Source: a virus
IMG/VR virus record: IMGVR_UViG_3300008255_000003
Location: 65,897 to 129,896 of that record
Direction: 5' to 3' (one strand)
Length of the DNA: 64,000 nt
This document shows, one piece after another, positions 63,846 through 64,000 of this stretch. Made by a program: the position numbers and the translations under genes. The number at the start of each line of letters is the position of its first letter. Position 1 is the stretch's first letter. The notes under the pieces are model-generated. The model had not been told where the DNA came from. It did no database searches and saw only the letters and a list, made by a program, of their open reading frames with translations.

Positions 63846-63864
63846 ACATGCAACCGTTGCATGT
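63846..63864. repeat. Dispersed palindrome, copy 20
   Basis: GG-ACATGCAACCGTTGCATGT-CC. Confidence 0.95.
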
Positions 63865-63887
63865 CCTTTAACCTTCTGAGGTGCATC

Positions 63888-64000
63888 ATGGGCGTACTTA
63901 GTTTAATTGAGAGCTATATCACTGAGGATTATATTCGTGGATCTGAGCGCTTGCTTAGGCTCTTAAAAGAGCTTGGTGCAAGTGGTGGCCAGCCATTCCC
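63888..64000 (+). CDS. 5' end of a hypothetical protein truncated by the window edge
   Basis: ATG after GAGG; MGVLSLIESYITEDYIRG... Confidence 0.5.
   Translation, partial: MGVLSLIESYITEDYIRGSERLLRLLKELGASGGQPF

Noticed and set aside
1465-63864. Palindrome plus Cas4-like gene read as a CRISPR system
   Set aside because: Copies are 0.9-9 kb apart, not separated by 30-40-nt spacers, and no cas1, cas2 or effector genes are present
1-64000. tRNA, rRNA, integrase, transposase or T4 late promoter TATAAATA
   Set aside because: None recognised by eye; tRNAscan-SE, Infernal and profile searches would be needed to exclude divergent cases

Overview
A 64-kb segment of a large lytic-type dsDNA tailed phage with a contractile tail, almost entirely + strand. 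No integrase, host housekeeping gene, tRNA, rRNA or CRISPR array was seen. Layout: (1) ~1-13.5 kb, membrane/lysis-like and small accessory genes, including a four-gene minus-strand cassette, two SWIM-finger proteins, a SLOG-domain protein and an RHH protein; (2) ~13.5-33.6 kb, replication, recombination and nucleotide genes (SNF2 helicase, initiator-like protein, DnaC-like loader, DnaB, Dcd, primase, gp32-like SSB, GroES-like protein, tandem ThyX, SF2 helicase, RecA, two resolvases, Cas4-like nuclease, histone-H1-like protein); (3) ~33.7-64 kb, T4-like head genes (terminase, portal, protease-scaffold, major capsid), then neck, sheath, tubes, tail chaperone, tape measure and baseplate genes. 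The main unexplained signal is a 19-bp palindrome, ACATGCAAC-S-GTTGCATGT, with core TGCAACSGTTGCA. I found 20 copies, on average one per ~3.3 kb: 14 intergenic and 6 inside genes in two different reading frames. This suggests a genome-wide protein-binding site system, with an H1-like protein and an RHH protein as candidate binders. Also notable are a predicted -1 frameshift (CCCTTTG plus hairpin) in the tail chaperone, a RecA with a ~120-aa Cys-rich insert, a u-spanin-like lipoprotein and an Acb1-like 2H phosphoesterase. All functional calls come from motif recognition by eye; no database searches were run.
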